Of a stretch of DNA of 64,000 bases, positions 62,439 to 64,000 are shown in pieces. How positions within the stretch are numbered: position 1 is the stretch's first letter; the number at the start of each line of letters is the position of its first letter. Location: NCBI GenBank assembly GCA_035644475.1, contig DASQOL010000057.1:1042-65041 (forward strand), written 5' to 3'. The notes under the pieces are model-generated. The model saw only the letters and a program-made list of their open reading frames with translations, did not search any database and was not told where the DNA came from. A program made the position numbers and the translations under genes. This DNA is from Gammaproteobacteria bacterium. Lineage in GTDB: Bacteria > Pseudomonadota > Gammaproteobacteria > Steroidobacterales > Rariloculaceae.

Positions 62439-64000
62439 ATGGCCTTAAGAACACTCGCCCTTGGACGATTTGGAATGGCGTGGCTCGCCGCCGCGTGCCT
62501 GCCGGCCGTCGCCGTCGCGGCGGAAGGTGGCGGCACCGCGCTCTTCGACGCGGCGAAACGCGGCGACCGCATCGCGGTGAGCAAGCTCCTCGACCAAGGC
62601 GCCGACGTCCACGCCCGCGCGGTCGACGACACCACCGCGCTGCACTGGGCCGTGCGCGCCGACAGCGTCGACACTGCCACGCTGCTGCTCGAGTCCGGCG
62701 CCGACGCGCGCGCAGCCGACCGCTACGGCGTCACCCCGCTCTACCTCGCGGCCGAGAACGGCGACGCGGCCATGATCGCGAAGCTGCTCGACGCGGGCGC
62801 CGACGCGAACGCCGTGGCGCCGATCGGCGAAACCGCGCTCATGACGGCCACGCGCACCGGCATCCCGGCCGCGCTCACGCTGCTGCTCGACCGGGGCGCC
62901 GCCGTCGACGCGCGCGATCCCGAGTTCCAACAGACCGCGCTGATGCTCGCGGTCCGCGAGAGCCATCCCGACGCGGTGCAGTTGCTGCTCGCGCGCGGAG
63001 CAGAGCCGAACGCGCGCACCCGCGTCGGACCGGACCCGAAGTTCGTTCCGCCGTGCAAAGGCACGGGCTGCGGCTCCGAAGGCGTCGGCATCAACCGCGG
63101 CGGCCTGCCAAACCGCGGCCGGCGCGGGTCCGCGGCCGGCGGCATGACGCCGCTGCTCTACGCCGCGCGCGACGGCCGCGTCGCGGAGGCCAAGCTGCTC
63201 GTGGCCGCGGGAGCCGACGTCGAGCTCGGCGACGCGAACGGCATCCGGCCGCTGTTGATGGCGCTGCTCAACAACCAACTGCCGATCGCGCGCCTCTTGA
63301 TCGAGCATGGCGCCGACGTCAACGCCGACGACTTCTGGGGCCGTGCGCCTCTGTTCGCGGCCGTCGACTACCGCAACCTCGACATGAACAACCGCGACGA
63401 GGACAGCCCCACCAACAACTACGTCGACCGCGCGCCGATCCTGGACATGCTCGCGCTCTTGCTCGAGCACGGCGCGAACGTCGACGCTCGAACGCGCGAA
63501 GTGCCGCCAAGCCGCCGCTGGCTGTATTCGCTCGGCGACGTGTCGTGGGTCGACTTCACGGGGCAAACCCCGTTCCTGCGCGCGGCGCTGGCGGGCGACA
63601 CGGCCGCGATGCGCCTGCTGCTCGAGCACGGCGCCGATCCGAACCTCGCGACGCAGGCCGGCACCACGCCGCTGATGGCCGCGGCCGGCGTGAATTGGGT
63701 GGTGGCGCAAACCTACACGGAGTCGAAGCAATCGCTGCTGGACGCGATCGACATCTGCTTCGAGCACGGCGCCGACGTCAACGCCACGAACTCGATGCGT
63801 TTGACGGCGCTGCTCGGCGCAGCGAATCGCGGCTCGAACGAGATCATTCGCAAGCTCGCGGAGCGCGGCGCGCGCCTCGACGTTGTCGACCAGGAAGGCC
63901 GCGGCGCAGTGCGCTGGGCCGAGGGCGTATTCCTCGCGGCGGTGGGCGCGGAGCGCAAGCCCGCCACGATCGCGCTGCTGCAAGAGCTCATGGGACAGCA
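62439..64000 (+). CDS. Periplasmic ankyrin-repeat protein (partial, runs off the window); paralogue of 53258..54832
   Basis: Absent from the ORF track because no stop falls in the window. The ATG at 62439 gives MALRTLALGRFGMAWLAAACLPAVAVAA, followed by ANK repeats (TALHWAVRADSVDTATLLLESGAD...). Track ORF 62445..63983(-) is its shadow frame. Confidence 0.8.
   Translation, partial: MALRTLALGRFGMAWLAAACLPAVAVAAEGGGTALFDAAKRGDRIAVSKLLDQGADVHARAVDDTTALHWAVRADSVDTATLLLESGADARAADRYGVTPLYLAAENGDAAMIAKLLDAGADANAVAPIGETALMTATRTGIPAALTLLLDRGAAVDARDPEFQQTALMLAVRESHPDAVQLLLARGAEPNARTRVGPDPKFVPPCKGTGCGSEGVGINRGGLPNRGRRGSAAGGMTPLLYAARDGRVAEAKLLVAAGADVELGDANGIRPLLMALLNNQLPIARLLIEHGADVNADDFWGRAPLFAAVDYRNLDMNNRDEDSPTNNYVDRAPILDMLALLLEHGANVDARTREVPPSRRWLYSLGDVSWVDFTGQTPFLRAALAGDTAAMRLLLEHGADPNLATQAGTTPLMAAAGVNWVVAQTYTESKQSLLDAIDICFEHGADVNATNSMRLTALLGAANRGSNEIIRKLAERGARLDVVDQEGRGAVRWAEGVFLAAVGAERKPATIALLQELMGQ

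Noticed and set aside
1-64000. tRNA or rRNA genes, a prophage, and known defence systems (RM, CBASS, Abi, retron and others).
   Set aside because: I saw no cloverleaf-like or rRNA-like sequence in the intergenic regions by eye. I recognised no phage structural or defence signature proteins. The only toxin-antitoxin modules are the broken MntA/HepT pair and the orphan HigA-like gene.

Overview
High-GC chromosomal segment from a Gram-negative bacterium. This is supported by an Omp85 barrel, an HlyD adaptor, lipoboxes and Tat signals; the taxon cannot be fixed from sequence alone. I call about 60 protein-coding genes and find no rRNA, tRNA or CRISPR array. Many long ORFs in the track are Arg/Ala/Gly-rich shadow frames of real genes and were discarded. 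Two real genes run off the window ends and are missing from the track: 1..1224 on the minus strand and 62439..64000 on the plus strand. Gene content by region: a c-di-GMP and two-component signalling hub (1-7.4 kb); a secreted helical-repeat protein followed by two FtsX-type permeases and a binding protein (8-13.6 kb); two ECF sigma loci (14.9-18 kb and 24.7-29 kb); a YtrA-HlyD-ABC ATPase unit; a DUF2339/DUF3999 pair; housekeeping genes (mtgA, deoxyinosine glycosylase, GNAT, LysR); a small AT-richer islet carrying a DDE transposase and a MntA/HepT module whose toxin is split; an OmpR/HK/DUF6491/DegP envelope locus; a cytochrome c-PQQ dehydrogenase; PPIase, HupE, MetE-like and isoaspartyl peptidase genes; and a DUF1592/DUF1552/ankyrin cluster. 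I recognise no known defence system or prophage. The most unusual signal does not depend on annotation. Three families of dispersed structured repeats are present, with compensatory arm variation. They supply stop and start codons to host genes, sit in-frame inside a methyltransferase gene, and in one case bracket a 1.1 kb segment carrying a PPIase gene. The best candidate for an undescribed protein system is the ECF sigma / dockerin-like / cohesin-like / VIT-vWA cluster. All family assignments rest on motif recognition by eye and need HMM confirmation.
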